Positions 28,333 through 38,491 of a stretch of DNA of 64,000 nucleotides are shown in pieces. The position numbers and the translations under genes are program-made. A model generated the notes under the pieces. That model was not told where the DNA came from. It searched no databases and saw only the letters and a program-made list of their open reading frames with translations. The stretch comes from Candidatus Latescibacterota bacterium. Lineage in GTDB: Bacteria; Latescibacterota; UBA2968. Positions within the stretch are counted from its first letter, which is position 1; each line of letters starts with the position of its first letter. The DNA is taken from NCBI GenBank assembly GCA_965222605.1, contig OZ244960.1, positions 4,896,001-4,960,000 on the forward strand. The letters run 5' to 3'.

Positions 28333-30276
28333 TTGTCCGATTTTTTAAAAAATTCAATTGTCAGGGTGATTTTTGCGATTATTCTTGCGGTGGTTCTGGT
28401 AGGTGTTTTGCCGGGGAATCGGGAGCGCGTTTTACACGAACAAATGTTGACAGCGATTCCCAAATTGGCGGAACAGTTTGGCGATTATCCGTGGGTGCTT
28501 TCGCCAGATGCGGATCGCATGTTGCAAAATGTCTTTGCCGAAGCACAAGGTCGTCGGCCTGATGTGTCTGGTGAGGGTGAAGGTATTGTATTTCGCGGCG
28601 GGGCAACTTCCGCGGGTTACCACCTCGTTGCTGTGCGGGGTTCTGATGAACGTGGGGAAGTCCTATCGCCCGTTACAGCCTGGAGTCTTTTTCCACCTGT
28701 TGCTGCGATTCTGGTGGCTATTATCAGCGGTCGTCTTATTCTGGGGCTTTCGCTGGCTATTTTCGCGGGGGGATTTCTCGCGTCGCTGGGGGAACCTCTT
28801 TATTATTTGCCGATTATTGCGCTGCAAAAATCCCTGATTGGCTATGTTTGGACGCCTTTGGAAAGTTCGTTTCAGCTCTATATTCTCGCGTTTACCGCAG
28901 GGCTTATCGGTATGGTGCGCGTTACCACGCTTTCGGGTGGCAATCTCGGTATTGCCAATGTTCTCTCTCGACGCGCCGAGGGCGCGCGTTCAACGCGGCT
29001 GGCGGCATTTTTTATGGGTCTTGCCATTTTTTTTGACGACTATGCCAATTCTATTGTGGTTGGCTCTACGTTGCGCCCGATAGCGGATCGGTTCAGGGTG
29101 TCGCGCGAAAAGCTCGCGTATATTGTCGATTCGACCGCCGCCCCTATTGCGGGTATTGCGATTATCAGTACGTGGATTGGATACGAAGTCAGCCTTTTTC
29201 AGGATTTGATGGTTGATCTCAAGACCGGGCTGTCGGGATACCAGCTTTTTTTTAATGCCCTGCCCTTGCGTTTTTATTGTTTGCTTACGCTTACTTTTGT
29301 GTTGCTTTCGGCTTATCTTCGCCGTGATTACGGACCTATGCTCGCCGCTGAACGCCGCGCACAAACAACGGGTCAGGTGATGCGTCCCGGCGCGACGCCA
29401 ATGACGGGGCGCGCACAAGATGAGATTGGTCCTGTTGAGAGCGTCCATCCCGTGTGGTGGGCGGCTGTTTTGCCCGTGGTTCTCGTTATTGTGTGCGTTA
29501 TTGGGGGGATGGCTTTTGATACGTGGGATCACGAGAGGGTTCTGGCTGCGCGGCGGGATTATGGTTTGATGAGTAGCGCGTTTTGGAGTGCATGTTTTTC
29601 AAATGCCAATACCGCACAGGTGCTTTTTATTGCCGCAATGCTCGGTTCTGCGCTCGCGATTGTGATAGCTATTACGCGCAGGCATGGTGAAACGGGTGCG
29701 CGGGTTATTTCTGTGGGGGATGCTGTCTCGACATGGGCGCGCGGTATTGTCGGCGTGTGGTATGCGATTGTTATTCTGATTCTCGCATGGGCGATCAAAG
29801 AGGTCTGCGCGGATGCGGGTACGTCAACTTATCTTACCGCGGCACTGTCTCCGCTTATTACCCCGGGTCTGCTGCCTCTGCTAATTTTTCTTCTCGCTGC
29901 TCTTGTTGCCTTTTCAATTGGCACGTCCTGGACGACTATGGCGATTCTCATTCCTACGGTTGTCCCGCTCGCACATGCATTGGGGGGGCTGCCGCTGACG
30001 ATCCTGGCAGCCGCGGCTGTGCTCGATGGGGCGATTTTTGGCGACCATTGCTCGCCTATTAGCGATACCACCGTGATGGCGAGTATCGCATCGTCTTGTG
30101 ACCACCTTGATCACGTTAAGACACAACTCCCCTACGCGCTGACGACGATGAGTGTCGCGGGCATTTTTGGCTATCTGGGGACGGCGGTGATTTATCCGGG
30201 TTGGGTTGGTCTCATCCTGGGCCTGATTGCCATTCCAATAATTCTTCTCACTATAGGTAAAAATCCGGATGAATAG
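28333..30276 (+). CDS. Na+/H+ antiporter NhaC-family membrane protein
   Basis: FFDDYAN, SREKLAYIVDSTAAP, GTSW, GDHCSPISDTT, HVKTQLPY; start approximate. Confidence 0.88.
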   Translation: MSDFLKNSIVRVIFAIILAVVLVGVLPGNRERVLHEQMLTAIPKLAEQFGDYPWVLSPDADRMLQNVFAEAQGRRPDVSGEGEGIVFRGGATSAGYHLVAVRGSDERGEVLSPVTAWSLFPPVAAILVAIISGRLILGLSLAIFAGGFLASLGEPLYYLPIIALQKSLIGYVWTPLESSFQLYILAFTAGLIGMVRVTTLSGGNLGIANVLSRRAEGARSTRLAAFFMGLAIFFDDYANSIVVGSTLRPIADRFRVSREKLAYIVDSTAAPIAGIAIISTWIGYEVSLFQDLMVDLKTGLSGYQLFFNALPLRFYCLLTLTFVLLSAYLRRDYGPMLAAERRAQTTGQVMRPGATPMTGRAQDEIGPVESVHPVWWAAVLPVVLVIVCVIGGMAFDTWDHERVLAARRDYGLMSSAFWSACFSNANTAQVLFIAAMLGSALAIVIAITRRHGETGARVISVGDAVSTWARGIVGVWYAIVILILAWAIKEVCADAGTSTYLTAALSPLITPGLLPLLIFLLAALVAFSIGTSWTTMAILIPTVVPLAHALGGLPLTILAAAAVLDGAIFGDHCSPISDTTVMASIASSCDHLDHVKTQLPYALTTMSVAGIFGYLGTAVIYPGWVGLILGLIAIPIILLTIGKNPDE

Positions 30277-30419
30277 TTATTAGCGGTTAGCCCGTCCAGC
30301 CAGCTTTTGCCGGTTTTTTCTTTCAGCGCTCTATTGTTTTCTTGACTTCTATTTGCAAGTGATTCATGTATGCCCTGTCGTCTGTTTTTTATGGGTTTGA
30401 GATTTTGAAGGAGTTTGCT

Positions 30420-31361
30420 ATGACTATTCAGGAGCAATTGCACCACGAGCAGTTGAACGATGAATCGCTGAGTTTTCTCAAAGCAATTGGCGTTGACTAT
30501 CTGACGATCAATCCGTCGATGGATATGCGCGATGGCAAAGACCGCCGTGCGTACTGGGAAGAGATACGGGATAGGGCTGCTGATCACGGCCTGATTTTGC
30601 GGAACGCCGCCAGCTATGGTTGGGATGAATTTACTCTGGATTTGGAAGATCGCGATGAAAAAATAGATGCATGGTGTATGTTCATCCGCAACCTGGGTGA
30701 GGCAGGGATACCCACTCTGGGATACAATTTTAAGCCGATTGGCAATTTTCGCACAGAATCGGCGACGGGGCGCGGCGGCGTCAAATACAGCACGTTTGAT
30801 TATGACGAATGGGCGCGCGAGCGCGTGTATGTTCCCGATAAAGTAATCTCAGAAGCTGGCATGTGGGAAAATATCGAATACTTTTTGAAGCGCGTGGTGC
30901 CCGTGGCTGAGGAATACGGCGTGAGGATGGCATTGCATCCGGATGATCCACCCATTCCCGAACCAATGGGTGGGGCCGCGCGCATTGTATCGACATTGGA
31001 GCAATATCACCGTATCTTTGACCTTGCCCCCAGTTCGAGCAATGCCATGCTATTTTGCCAGGGTTGTGTCGCCGAAATGGGCGAAGACGTTTGCGAAGCG
31101 ATCCGAGATATTGGCGGTAGGGACAAAATTGTGTACGTGCATTTTCGAGATATTCAGGGTACGCCGAGAAGTTTTCGAGAAGTGTTTATCGATGAAGGGC
31201 AAAACGATATGCACAAAGCGATGCAGACCTACAAGGAGGTGGGTTTTAATGGTCCGTTTATGATGGACCATACCCCCAGGTTTTGGCAATCGGGGACTGA
31301 GTGGGCAGGGCGCGCCTTTGCCGTGGGGTACATGCGCGCGTTGATTCAGGTGGTTTATTAA
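30420..31361 (+). CDS. uxuA: Mannonate dehydratase
   Basis: GYNF, LHPDDPP, FCQG, VHFRD, MMDHTP. Confidence 0.8.
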   Translation: MTIQEQLHHEQLNDESLSFLKAIGVDYLTINPSMDMRDGKDRRAYWEEIRDRAADHGLILRNAASYGWDEFTLDLEDRDEKIDAWCMFIRNLGEAGIPTLGYNFKPIGNFRTESATGRGGVKYSTFDYDEWARERVYVPDKVISEAGMWENIEYFLKRVVPVAEEYGVRMALHPDDPPIPEPMGGAARIVSTLEQYHRIFDLAPSSSNAMLFCQGCVAEMGEDVCEAIRDIGGRDKIVYVHFRDIQGTPRSFREVFIDEGQNDMHKAMQTYKEVGFNGPFMMDHTPRFWQSGTEWAGRAFAVGYMRALIQVVY

Positions 31362-31375
31362 GAGAGGAGAGCAAT

Positions 31376-32368
31376 ATGGAAAAGAATACAGCAAGTTCTC
31401 AGCAGGTCGTCAAGGTAGCCATGATCGGTGCGGGTGGGCGGTCGCGCAGTGTACACTATCCCTCGCTAAGAGATATGGAAGATGTCAAAATGGTGGCCGT
31501 ATGTGAGTTGAATGAAGTGCGCATGATGGAGGTGTCGGGAGAGTACGATATTCCCGCGCGATACACCAATTATGTGACGATGATCGAACGGGAAAAACCC
31601 GATGTGGTTTATGCGATTATGCCACCGCATCACGTGTACGATCTGGCAGCAAATATTATGGATATGGGCGTCAATATCATCATTGAAAAACCGCCTTCGG
31701 TGACGACCGAGCAGGCCAAACAGATGGCGTTGCTGGCGAAAAAGAACAATGTGATTACAGGGGTGACGTTCCAGAGGCGGTTTGCGCCGGTGATCCGCAT
31801 GGGAAAAGAAATATGCGAAAAAAATGGGCCGATTCACAGCGCGGCGGCGTATTTTTACAAAAATGAAGTTGGCGGACGACCCATTTACAAGGGCGCGATG
31901 GAGAAACTGACCTGCGATGGCATTCACGCAGTGGATACCCTGCGGTATTTGTGTGGGGGAGAAGTAGAAGCGGTGGCGAGCGATGTGCGGCGATTGGATA
32001 CCACGTTTAGAAATATGCACACAGCTCTGGTGAAGTTTTCGTCTGGCGCGACAGGTGTGTTGCAAAATTGTTATATGATGGGACGGCGAATGTTCACGGT
32101 AGAGGTGCATTCAACAGGGATTTCGATGTTTGGCGACCCCGAAGAGGGAGGGCAGGTATTTGCAGATGGCAAAGTCGAGCCTGTGCGTGCGCTCGATCCA
32201 TGGACGTTGAGCGAAAGTAAGGAGCCACATGTCGCTTTTGGGGTTTATGCCCTCAACCGCCACTTTATCGATTGTGTAAAAACGGGCCAACAACCCGAAA
32301 CAAATTTTGAAGATGCGGCAAAATCTATGGAATTGGTCGATTCGATTTACGATTCGCAAATCGGGTGA
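31376..32368 (+). CDS. Gfo/Idh/MocA family oxidoreductase
   Basis: IGAGG, IEKP, FQRRF, IHAVD. Confidence 0.9.
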   Translation: MEKNTASSQQVVKVAMIGAGGRSRSVHYPSLRDMEDVKMVAVCELNEVRMMEVSGEYDIPARYTNYVTMIEREKPDVVYAIMPPHHVYDLAANIMDMGVNIIIEKPPSVTTEQAKQMALLAKKNNVITGVTFQRRFAPVIRMGKEICEKNGPIHSAAAYFYKNEVGGRPIYKGAMEKLTCDGIHAVDTLRYLCGGEVEAVASDVRRLDTTFRNMHTALVKFSSGATGVLQNCYMMGRRMFTVEVHSTGISMFGDPEEGGQVFADGKVEPVRALDPWTLSESKEPHVAFGVYALNRHFIDCVKTGQQPETNFEDAAKSMELVDSIYDSQIG

Positions 32369-32380
32369 GATGCGATTATA

Positions 32381-32425
32381 AAACAGAAAAGGCGGGATGC
32401 GATAGATCCCGCCTTTTCTGTTTTT
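32381..32425. terminator. Bidirectional terminator
   Basis: AAACAGAAAAGGCGGGAT...ATCCCGCCTTTTCTGTTT. Confidence 0.85.
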
Positions 32426-33023
32426 ACAACAGATGTCCATTTCCGCGTGTTCGACGTTTTACTTCGCGCAGGGTGACGAGAGACTTTTCGAGTGCATTGG
32501 ACACGGTTTTGAGGCGTTCGTTGGGTGAAGTGCTTTCCAGAAGTACTTGCTGTTCGTCGAGGGATAAGGTGAGATTTGCTGCGAGGATGTATGAGAGTAC
32601 ACCCAGTTCCATGGCGGGTATTGGGGGTGATATCCAGCCGGATGAGAGCTTCAGGGCTTCGGAATAGAGTTTTTTGGCGCGGTTCCCCAAAGCAATATCA
32701 AAGGCTTCGTCATCGTCTTCTACTTTTTCCACGAAGCCCGATATATACGGATGGATATCGTATTGCTGAAGAACGCGAAAGCGTCGCGTTCCTTCAATCA
32801 AGATATTCATTCGGCCATCGGGAAATCGATTGAGCAGGCCGACAACACGCGCCGCGCATCCGATGTCATTAAAGTTGTCGTCTGTACCCCATACAAGACC
32901 AAATTCGGTGTCGTTGTCAAGACATTCACCGATCATTTGCTTGTATCTCTCTTCGAAGATATGCAAGGGAACACGCCGGTGTGGCAGCAGCACCATGTCG
33001 AGGGGGAAGAGGGGAAGTTCCAT
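32424..33023 (-). CDS. Stand-alone LON substrate-binding domain protein
   Basis: LPLFPL, PLHIFEERY, DGRMNI..GTRRF. Confidence 0.85.
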   Translation of the reverse strand: MELPLFPLDMVLLPHRRVPLHIFEERYKQMIGECLDNDTEFGLVWGTDDNFNDIGCAARVVGLLNRFPDGRMNILIEGTRRFRVLQQYDIHPYISGFVEKVEDDDEAFDIALGNRAKKLYSEALKLSSGWISPPIPAMELGVLSYILAANLTLSLDEQQVLLESTSPNERLKTVSNALEKSLVTLREVKRRTRGNGHLL

Positions 33024-33027
33024 TGGA

Positions 33028-33927
33028 TCAGGAGGCGGATTTTTGAACGCTGTTTAAGAGAATATCGAGCAATTTTTGGGTGGCGATTGACAAGCTGCGT
33101 CCTTTGCGAAAGAGGATGCCCAGCGGTCGATCAAAATCTTGATCTACAAAGTGCAGATACGCAAGGGTTTTGCGAGCGAGTTCTTGCTCAATAGAATTGA
33201 GTGGCAAAATAGAGATACCAATATCGACTTCTATGGCGTGTTTGATAGTGGCTATATGGTCGAGTTCCATGACGATATTGGGGCGTATTTTGTATTTTTT
33301 TAAGAACTGATCAATGGCACGCCGAGTTGGGGTTTCGGGGGTGAAGAGAACCAGAGGAAATTTGTTGAGTTCTTGTGGCAAGAATGCGTTGCGAGAGGCC
33401 AATTCATGATCGGGATGCATGGCTATGACCATCTTGTCTTGCGTGAAGGGCATCACATCTACATTGCGTTGGGTGCGTGGATGCGGCACAATGCCCAAAT
33501 CGACTTCGCCATTGGCAACATCGTCATAAATTTTATTTACCTGATCGTATTGGAGACGGAAATTAACCCGGGGATAGGCTTTGAGGTAGGTTTTGAGAAA
33601 GGGCGTGAGTTCGAGCATTCCCACGCTGTAAATAGATGCCAGACGAACAGTTCCCGAAACCACCCCGCCCAGAGCCTGGATGCGGTGTTCCATTTCTTCG
33701 TAGCGCCGGACAATGTCTCGGGCATAGGTGTAAAAAATTTCGCCTTCTGCAGTGAGTGTCAGACGTCTTTTTTCAACCCGCTCAATGAGTTGTTTTCCCT
33801 GGCGTTTTTCAATGCTTTTGAGTTGCTGGCTTACCGCGGATTGGGTAACGGAATTAAGGACAGCTGTTTTGGAAAAACTTTGCGTTTCAATGAGGTCACA
33901 GAAAACTTTCAAACTTGTAATCAGCAA
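33028..33927 (-). CDS. LysR family transcriptional regulator
   Basis: SFSKTA..TQSAVSQQLKSIE HTH, LTAEG. Confidence 0.92.
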   Translation of the reverse strand: MLITSLKVFCDLIETQSFSKTAVLNSVTQSAVSQQLKSIEKRQGKQLIERVEKRRLTLTAEGEIFYTYARDIVRRYEEMEHRIQALGGVVSGTVRLASIYSVGMLELTPFLKTYLKAYPRVNFRLQYDQVNKIYDDVANGEVDLGIVPHPRTQRNVDVMPFTQDKMVIAMHPDHELASRNAFLPQELNKFPLVLFTPETPTRRAIDQFLKKYKIRPNIVMELDHIATIKHAIEVDIGISILPLNSIEQELARKTLAYLHFVDQDFDRPLGILFRKGRSLSIATQKLLDILLNSVQKSAS

Positions 33928-34135
33928 GGGGCTTTCTCCGTATGTTAAAATTATAAGAGGATATGAAATTGTGAGAGGGGGTAAATTAGGGCGACAAATC
34001 TATAAGAAAATCGAAACTATGTCAATAGAAAAACTGGTTGTGAAAAATTGTGCCCATTTTGATACAGCCTGCAGAAACAATCGGAGTAAGATTTTGGTAA
34101 AGCTGATTGCCAAAACGCCAATTTTGGATTTGCTC

Positions 34136-34164
34136 TTGTAAAAAACGCCAGAACATCTTATACT
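34136..34164 (+). promoter_or_regulatory. Putative sigma70 promoter of accD-aroQ
   Basis: TTGTAA-N17-TATACT. Confidence 0.55.
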
Positions 34165-34195
34165 TCAATTCGTTATCGCTATATGGAGATCGCTT

Positions 34196-35065
34196 ATGAA
34201 TTGGTTTAACAAGCTCAAATCTGGCATTCAGACGCTTGTGCGCAAGCGTCTGCCCGAAAATATTTGGGTCAAGTGCGAGCGATGTGAGCAAATGGTTTAC
34301 CGAAAGAAACTCGAGCAAAATACAGGTATTTGCCCGCATTGCAAACATCACTTTCGCATATCCAGTGCCGAGTATATCGCCGCTGTGCTCGATAGAGATT
34401 CGTTTGAAGAAATAGGTCAGGAAGTCAAATCGGCTGATCCGCTCTCATTTATCGATCTACAGCCCTACCCCGATCGACTCAAGGAATATCGCAAACGCAC
34501 GAATATGGATGCTGCTGTGCTGGCTGGTGTGGGTAAGATCAATGGTGCATCTGTGGGCATTGCTGTGCATGAATTTGGTTTTATGGGCGGGTCGCTCGGT
34601 TCGGCTGAAGGAGAGCGAATATGTCGGGTGATTGACCGATGTATGCGCGATCAATTGCCGCTAATTATTGTGTGTCGGTCCGGTGGCGCGCGTATGCAAG
34701 AGAGCATTTTTTCGCTGATGCAAATGGCGAAAGTCAATGCCAGGTTGTCGCAATTTTCAGATGCGGGACTTCTGTATATTTCTGTTCTGATAGATCCCAC
34801 AACAGCCGGTGTAAACGCCAGTTATGCGTCGATTGGCGATATCAATATCGCCGAGCCAAATGCGCTGATCGGGTTTACGGGATCGCGTATTACGGGGTCT
34901 TCTGTGAGTGCCTCTGAGATGGAAGCCCTGCGCCAGGCACAGCGCGCGGAGCAAGTACTCGAACACGGTTTTGTCGATATGATTGTTTCTCGAGATAAAA
35001 TGAAAGCCACCCTGTCTCAGTTGATTGAGATGTTGAGTAAAAAACCCCCCGAGGTTAATTCATGA
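34196..35065 (+). CDS. accD: Acetyl-CoA carboxylase carboxyltransferase beta subunit
   Basis: CxxC..CxxC zinc ribbon, FMGGSLG, SGGARMQE. Confidence 0.95.
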   Translation: MNWFNKLKSGIQTLVRKRLPENIWVKCERCEQMVYRKKLEQNTGICPHCKHHFRISSAEYIAAVLDRDSFEEIGQEVKSADPLSFIDLQPYPDRLKEYRKRTNMDAAVLAGVGKINGASVGIAVHEFGFMGGSLGSAEGERICRVIDRCMRDQLPLIIVCRSGGARMQESIFSLMQMAKVNARLSQFSDAGLLYISVLIDPTTAGVNASYASIGDINIAEPNALIGFTGSRITGSSVSASEMEALRQAQRAEQVLEHGFVDMIVSRDKMKATLSQLIEMLSKKPPEVNS

Positions 35066-35508
35066 AGATTCTCGTTTTACAAGGTCCCAATATCAACATG
35101 CTGGGGCGGCGCAAAGCAGAGCACTACGGTACTGTGACAATGGACGAGATTCATGCGCATCTCGAACAAAAGGCAGATGAACTGGATTGCGAGATTGCGT
35201 GTTTTCATTCGAATTGCGAGGGGACACTTGTTGAAAAGGTGCAGGAGATGCGCGATTCTGTAGATGGTATTCTTATGAATCCCGCAGGGCTGACGACAAC
35301 AAGTGTATCGCTGCGGGACGCGCTTGAAGATGCGGGTTTACCACTGGTTGAAATTCATCTGTCCAATATCCACGCGCGAGAAACATGGCGGCGGCATTCT
35401 CTGTTTTCAGAAATTGCAGTGGGCATTATTGCCGGATTCAGATGGCGTGGCTATGTGTCGGCACTTGAGATGCTGATAGAGATGTTGCGAGAGCAATCGG
35501 AAGTGTGA
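35062..35508 (+). CDS. aroQ: Type II 3-dehydroquinate dehydratase
   Basis: GPNINMLGRR..HYG, NPAG, EIHLSNIHARE. Confidence 0.95.
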   Translation: MKILVLQGPNINMLGRRKAEHYGTVTMDEIHAHLEQKADELDCEIACFHSNCEGTLVEKVQEMRDSVDGILMNPAGLTTTSVSLRDALEDAGLPLVEIHLSNIHARETWRRHSLFSEIAVGIIAGFRWRGYVSALEMLIEMLREQSEV

Positions 35509-35569
35509 GAGGAATTTGCGAGATTTAGAATTACTGTTTTGACTGTTCTGCATTTTTGCCACAGACTTT

Positions 35570-35594
35570 ACGCCCTGAATCACGGGCGTTTTTT
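35570..35594 (+). terminator. Rho-independent terminator
   Basis: ACGCCC-loop-GGGCGT followed by a T run. Confidence 0.55.
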
Positions 35595-35650
35595 GTTGGC
35601 ATTGACGTCAAGGCATGGATTTGGCGTTGGTGGGCTGGGAGGCTGACAGC

Positions 35651-36379
35651 TCAAGTTCGATAGAGGTCGAATGTCTCAATAAATTGGGCAATTGTTTCTG
35701 GCACGAGGTCTGTGATGGGATCTCCTGCGCGGATGCGCTTGCGTACCTCGGTAGAGGAGATGTTGCCAAAGGATGGAGGCAGTTGCAGAGGGTGTACGCG
35801 GCTGGCAAAAGGCGCGCATTCGGGGCGAGCCATAAATCTGTGGAAGACTTCCCGCGAAGGGTTTTCGCGGTTGGCAGATACAATGTGGCAAAGTGAAAAT
35901 AGCACTTTGAGTTCGGCGGGCATGTCGATGTAATAGCGGGGATCGAAGATGCGTATCAAGGTGTCGTGGCCGACGAGAAAGTAGATCTGGGTGTCGGGTG
36001 AAAACTGTGCTCTGAGTGCGTGTGCTTTGTCGATAAAGCGGGCATGGCTGCATCCCGCAATTGACAGGTAGGTGCCCAATTGGGTATTAGAATCCGCGTA
36101 ATTGACCATCATGGCGAGGCGCTGGCCCAGGTCTGCACCAAAGAGGGCTTTATCGACATTGGTTTTGGCGAGGAGAAGGACGATTTCGTCAAAACCAAAA
36201 GTATCTTGTGCATGGTTTACAAGTGCCTCATGGGCAAGGGTGAGGGGATTGAAGGATGCATCGAGTACCCCAATATGTTTCGGTTGCTGGGATGCAGCTC
36301 GATATGCAAATTGTACCACAGGGGGACTTTGGGAGTCGAGGCTATCCATGAGGATGCGGTAGTTTTCAAGGGGGGGCAT
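35651..36379 (-). CDS. NadD-like nucleotidyltransferase
   Basis: ASFNPLTLAH, GHDTLIRIFDPRYY, ISSTEVR. Confidence 0.75.
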   Translation of the reverse strand: MPPLENYRILMDSLDSQSPPVVQFAYRAASQQPKHIGVLDASFNPLTLAHEALVNHAQDTFGFDEIVLLLAKTNVDKALFGADLGQRLAMMVNYADSNTQLGTYLSIAGCSHARFIDKAHALRAQFSPDTQIYFLVGHDTLIRIFDPRYYIDMPAELKVLFSLCHIVSANRENPSREVFHRFMARPECAPFASRVHPLQLPPSFGNISSTEVRKRIRAGDPITDLVPETIAQFIETFDLYRT

Positions 36380-36508
36380 AGTGAAAGAAATTTATGTTAG
36401 AGGCAGGTGCGGGGCAAGGAGAAATAGCGATTAATCCAAACTATTCCCAAAATTAGTTATTGGCGGTGGGGAATGGTCAACCTGGCGGAGCGCGCGAGGA
36501 TATCACAA

Positions 36509-37261
36509 ATGATTTATCGACTGTTTTTTATGGCACTTGTCATCCTGTTTGCCAATTCCGTTGTGCTATTGGCATCCGAGCAGGATGTAGAAACTATTGT
36601 GAGAAAAATTGATGCGCTCTACCGCAGCGCGACCAGCATGGCGGATATGGAGATGCAGATTGTTACGCCGCACTGGGAACGCACGCTATCGATGAGGGTG
36701 TGGACGAAGGGGATGGATAAGACCTTCATCCGCATTGACGCGCCCAAAAAGGAAAAGGGCGTTACAACGCTGCGCATCGGCAACGAGATGTGGAACTATC
36801 TTCCAAAGACCAACAAGGTGATAAAGGTTCCGCCGTCGATGATGATGGGGTCGTGGATGGGGTCGGATTTTACGAATGATGACCTCGTCAAAGAGTCGTC
36901 GATGCTCAGTGATTATACCTACGAGATGATTGCGCCGTCTGACGCGAAACCGGATCATCTTTACATCCAGTTCATTCCAAAGGAAGATTCTCCGATTGTT
37001 TGGGGCAAGCTCATCACGGCTGTGCGGGCAGATGATCTGATTCCGGTGTGGCAACATTTCTATGACGAGAAGGACAATTTGATGCGGGTCTTGAATTTCA
37101 AGGAAATTGTGTCGTTTGGCGGCAAGACGATTCCATCTCTGATGGAGATGGTGCCACAGAACAAGGATAGGCACAAAACGGTTATGCGTTATCTCAAGGC
37201 CGAGTTTGATGTGCCGATTGATGACGGTGTGTTCACGCGGCGCAATCTTCAGAGGAAATGA
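36509..37261 (+). CDS. LolA-like outer membrane lipoprotein-sorting protein
   Basis: Signal peptide; MWNYLP, SWMGSDFTNDD, FTRRNL. Confidence 0.85.
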   Translation: MIYRLFFMALVILFANSVVLLASEQDVETIVRKIDALYRSATSMADMEMQIVTPHWERTLSMRVWTKGMDKTFIRIDAPKKEKGVTTLRIGNEMWNYLPKTNKVIKVPPSMMMGSWMGSDFTNDDLVKESSMLSDYTYEMIAPSDAKPDHLYIQFIPKEDSPIVWGKLITAVRADDLIPVWQHFYDEKDNLMRVLNFKEIVSFGGKTIPSLMEMVPQNKDRHKTVMRYLKAEFDVPIDDGVFTRRNLQRK

Positions 37262-38475
37262 CGATGATCAAGATAGCTTTTCGCAATATCTTTCGCCAAA
37301 AGCGTCGCACCGTGTTGACTGCGCTTGCAATGATCGTAGGGTTCACGCTCTCGTCGGTCTTTATTGGCTGGTCAGATGGCGCGTATTCGGATATTATTTC
37401 AATGTTCACGCGGAATCGCATCGGGCATATTCAGGTGCATCGCGCGGGCTATCTCGACAAGCCATCGCTTTACGATGTGATCGACAGTTATGAATCCATT
37501 GGCGAGAAGATTGCCAGCGTTGAGGGCGTTGAGACGTGGACGCCGCGCATCTATTCGGCGGGGCTCGGTTCGGTGGACGAGAAGACAATGGCGGTGCAAA
37601 TCATCGGCGTCGATGTGGGGCGCGAGGTGAACGCCACGCGGTTTGATCGGAAGATCACCAGTGGGGCGATGTTTTCAGATGCCGCCGCGCGCGAAGCGAT
37701 TCTCGGCAGTGGGTTGGCGCGTATTTTGAAGGCAGATATTGGTCGCGAAATTGTGCTCGTCACACAGGGCACGGATGGTGCTATCGCCAATGATTTGTAC
37801 ACGATTATAGGCATTGCAGAAAGCGGCGACAAAGCGACCGATCGGATGGCGTGCTATCTCCACATCGATGACGCGCAGGACTTGCTCGTGCTCGATGGGC
37901 GCGTTCATGAAATCGCCGTGATCGCCGAAGCATTGGATCGAGTCCCCAAAATCACCGCGGCGATTGAGGCGCGGCTCAACGACACGACACTCGAGGTGTC
38001 GCCGTGGCAGGTCGTCGCCAAATCGTTTTATCGCGCGATGCAGGCCGATAGACAGGGCGACCTCATCGGGCGCATGATTATTATGTTAATTGTCGCAATT
38101 GGCGTGTTGAACACTGTTCTGATGTCGGTGCTGGAGCGGACGCGGGAGTACGGCGTGTTGAAAGCAATGGGGACAAAACCGAGTCAGATCTTCGGAGTGG
38201 TGGTAGCTGAGGTGACGTTCATCGCGCTTGGCAGCATTGCCATTGGCGCGCTGTTCGGCGCGGGTCTCAATTACTTGCTGTCGATCTACGGTATCTCACT
38301 GCCACAAGAGTTCTCCTATGGCGGGATTGTGTTTCAGACGATGTACGCTGCGGTCACTGTGCGAAGCCTTGCAATTCCCGCAGTTACGGTCCTTGTTTCA
38401 GCGATTGCGGTCAGCCTGTTCCCCGCGCTGAGAGCGGCGCGAATTGCCCCGGCCAACGCGATGAGGACGCATTAG
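37258..38475 (+). CDS. ABC transporter permease (FtsX/MacB/LolE type)
   Basis: AFRNIFRQKRRT, NTVLMSVLERTREYGVLKAMG. Confidence 0.9.
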   Translation: MTMIKIAFRNIFRQKRRTVLTALAMIVGFTLSSVFIGWSDGAYSDIISMFTRNRIGHIQVHRAGYLDKPSLYDVIDSYESIGEKIASVEGVETWTPRIYSAGLGSVDEKTMAVQIIGVDVGREVNATRFDRKITSGAMFSDAAAREAILGSGLARILKADIGREIVLVTQGTDGAIANDLYTIIGIAESGDKATDRMACYLHIDDAQDLLVLDGRVHEIAVIAEALDRVPKITAAIEARLNDTTLEVSPWQVVAKSFYRAMQADRQGDLIGRMIIMLIVAIGVLNTVLMSVLERTREYGVLKAMGTKPSQIFGVVVAEVTFIALGSIAIGALFGAGLNYLLSIYGISLPQEFSYGGIVFQTMYAAVTVRSLAIPAVTVLVSAIAVSLFPALRAARIAPANAMRTH

Positions 38476-38491
38476 GAAAACGGTTGATACT

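Noticed and set aside
22023-32368. Dehydratases, Gfo/Idh/MocA and isomerase genes as one sugar-acid pathway
   Set aside because: They are interspersed with unrelated genes on both strands, with no shared transporter or regulator evident.
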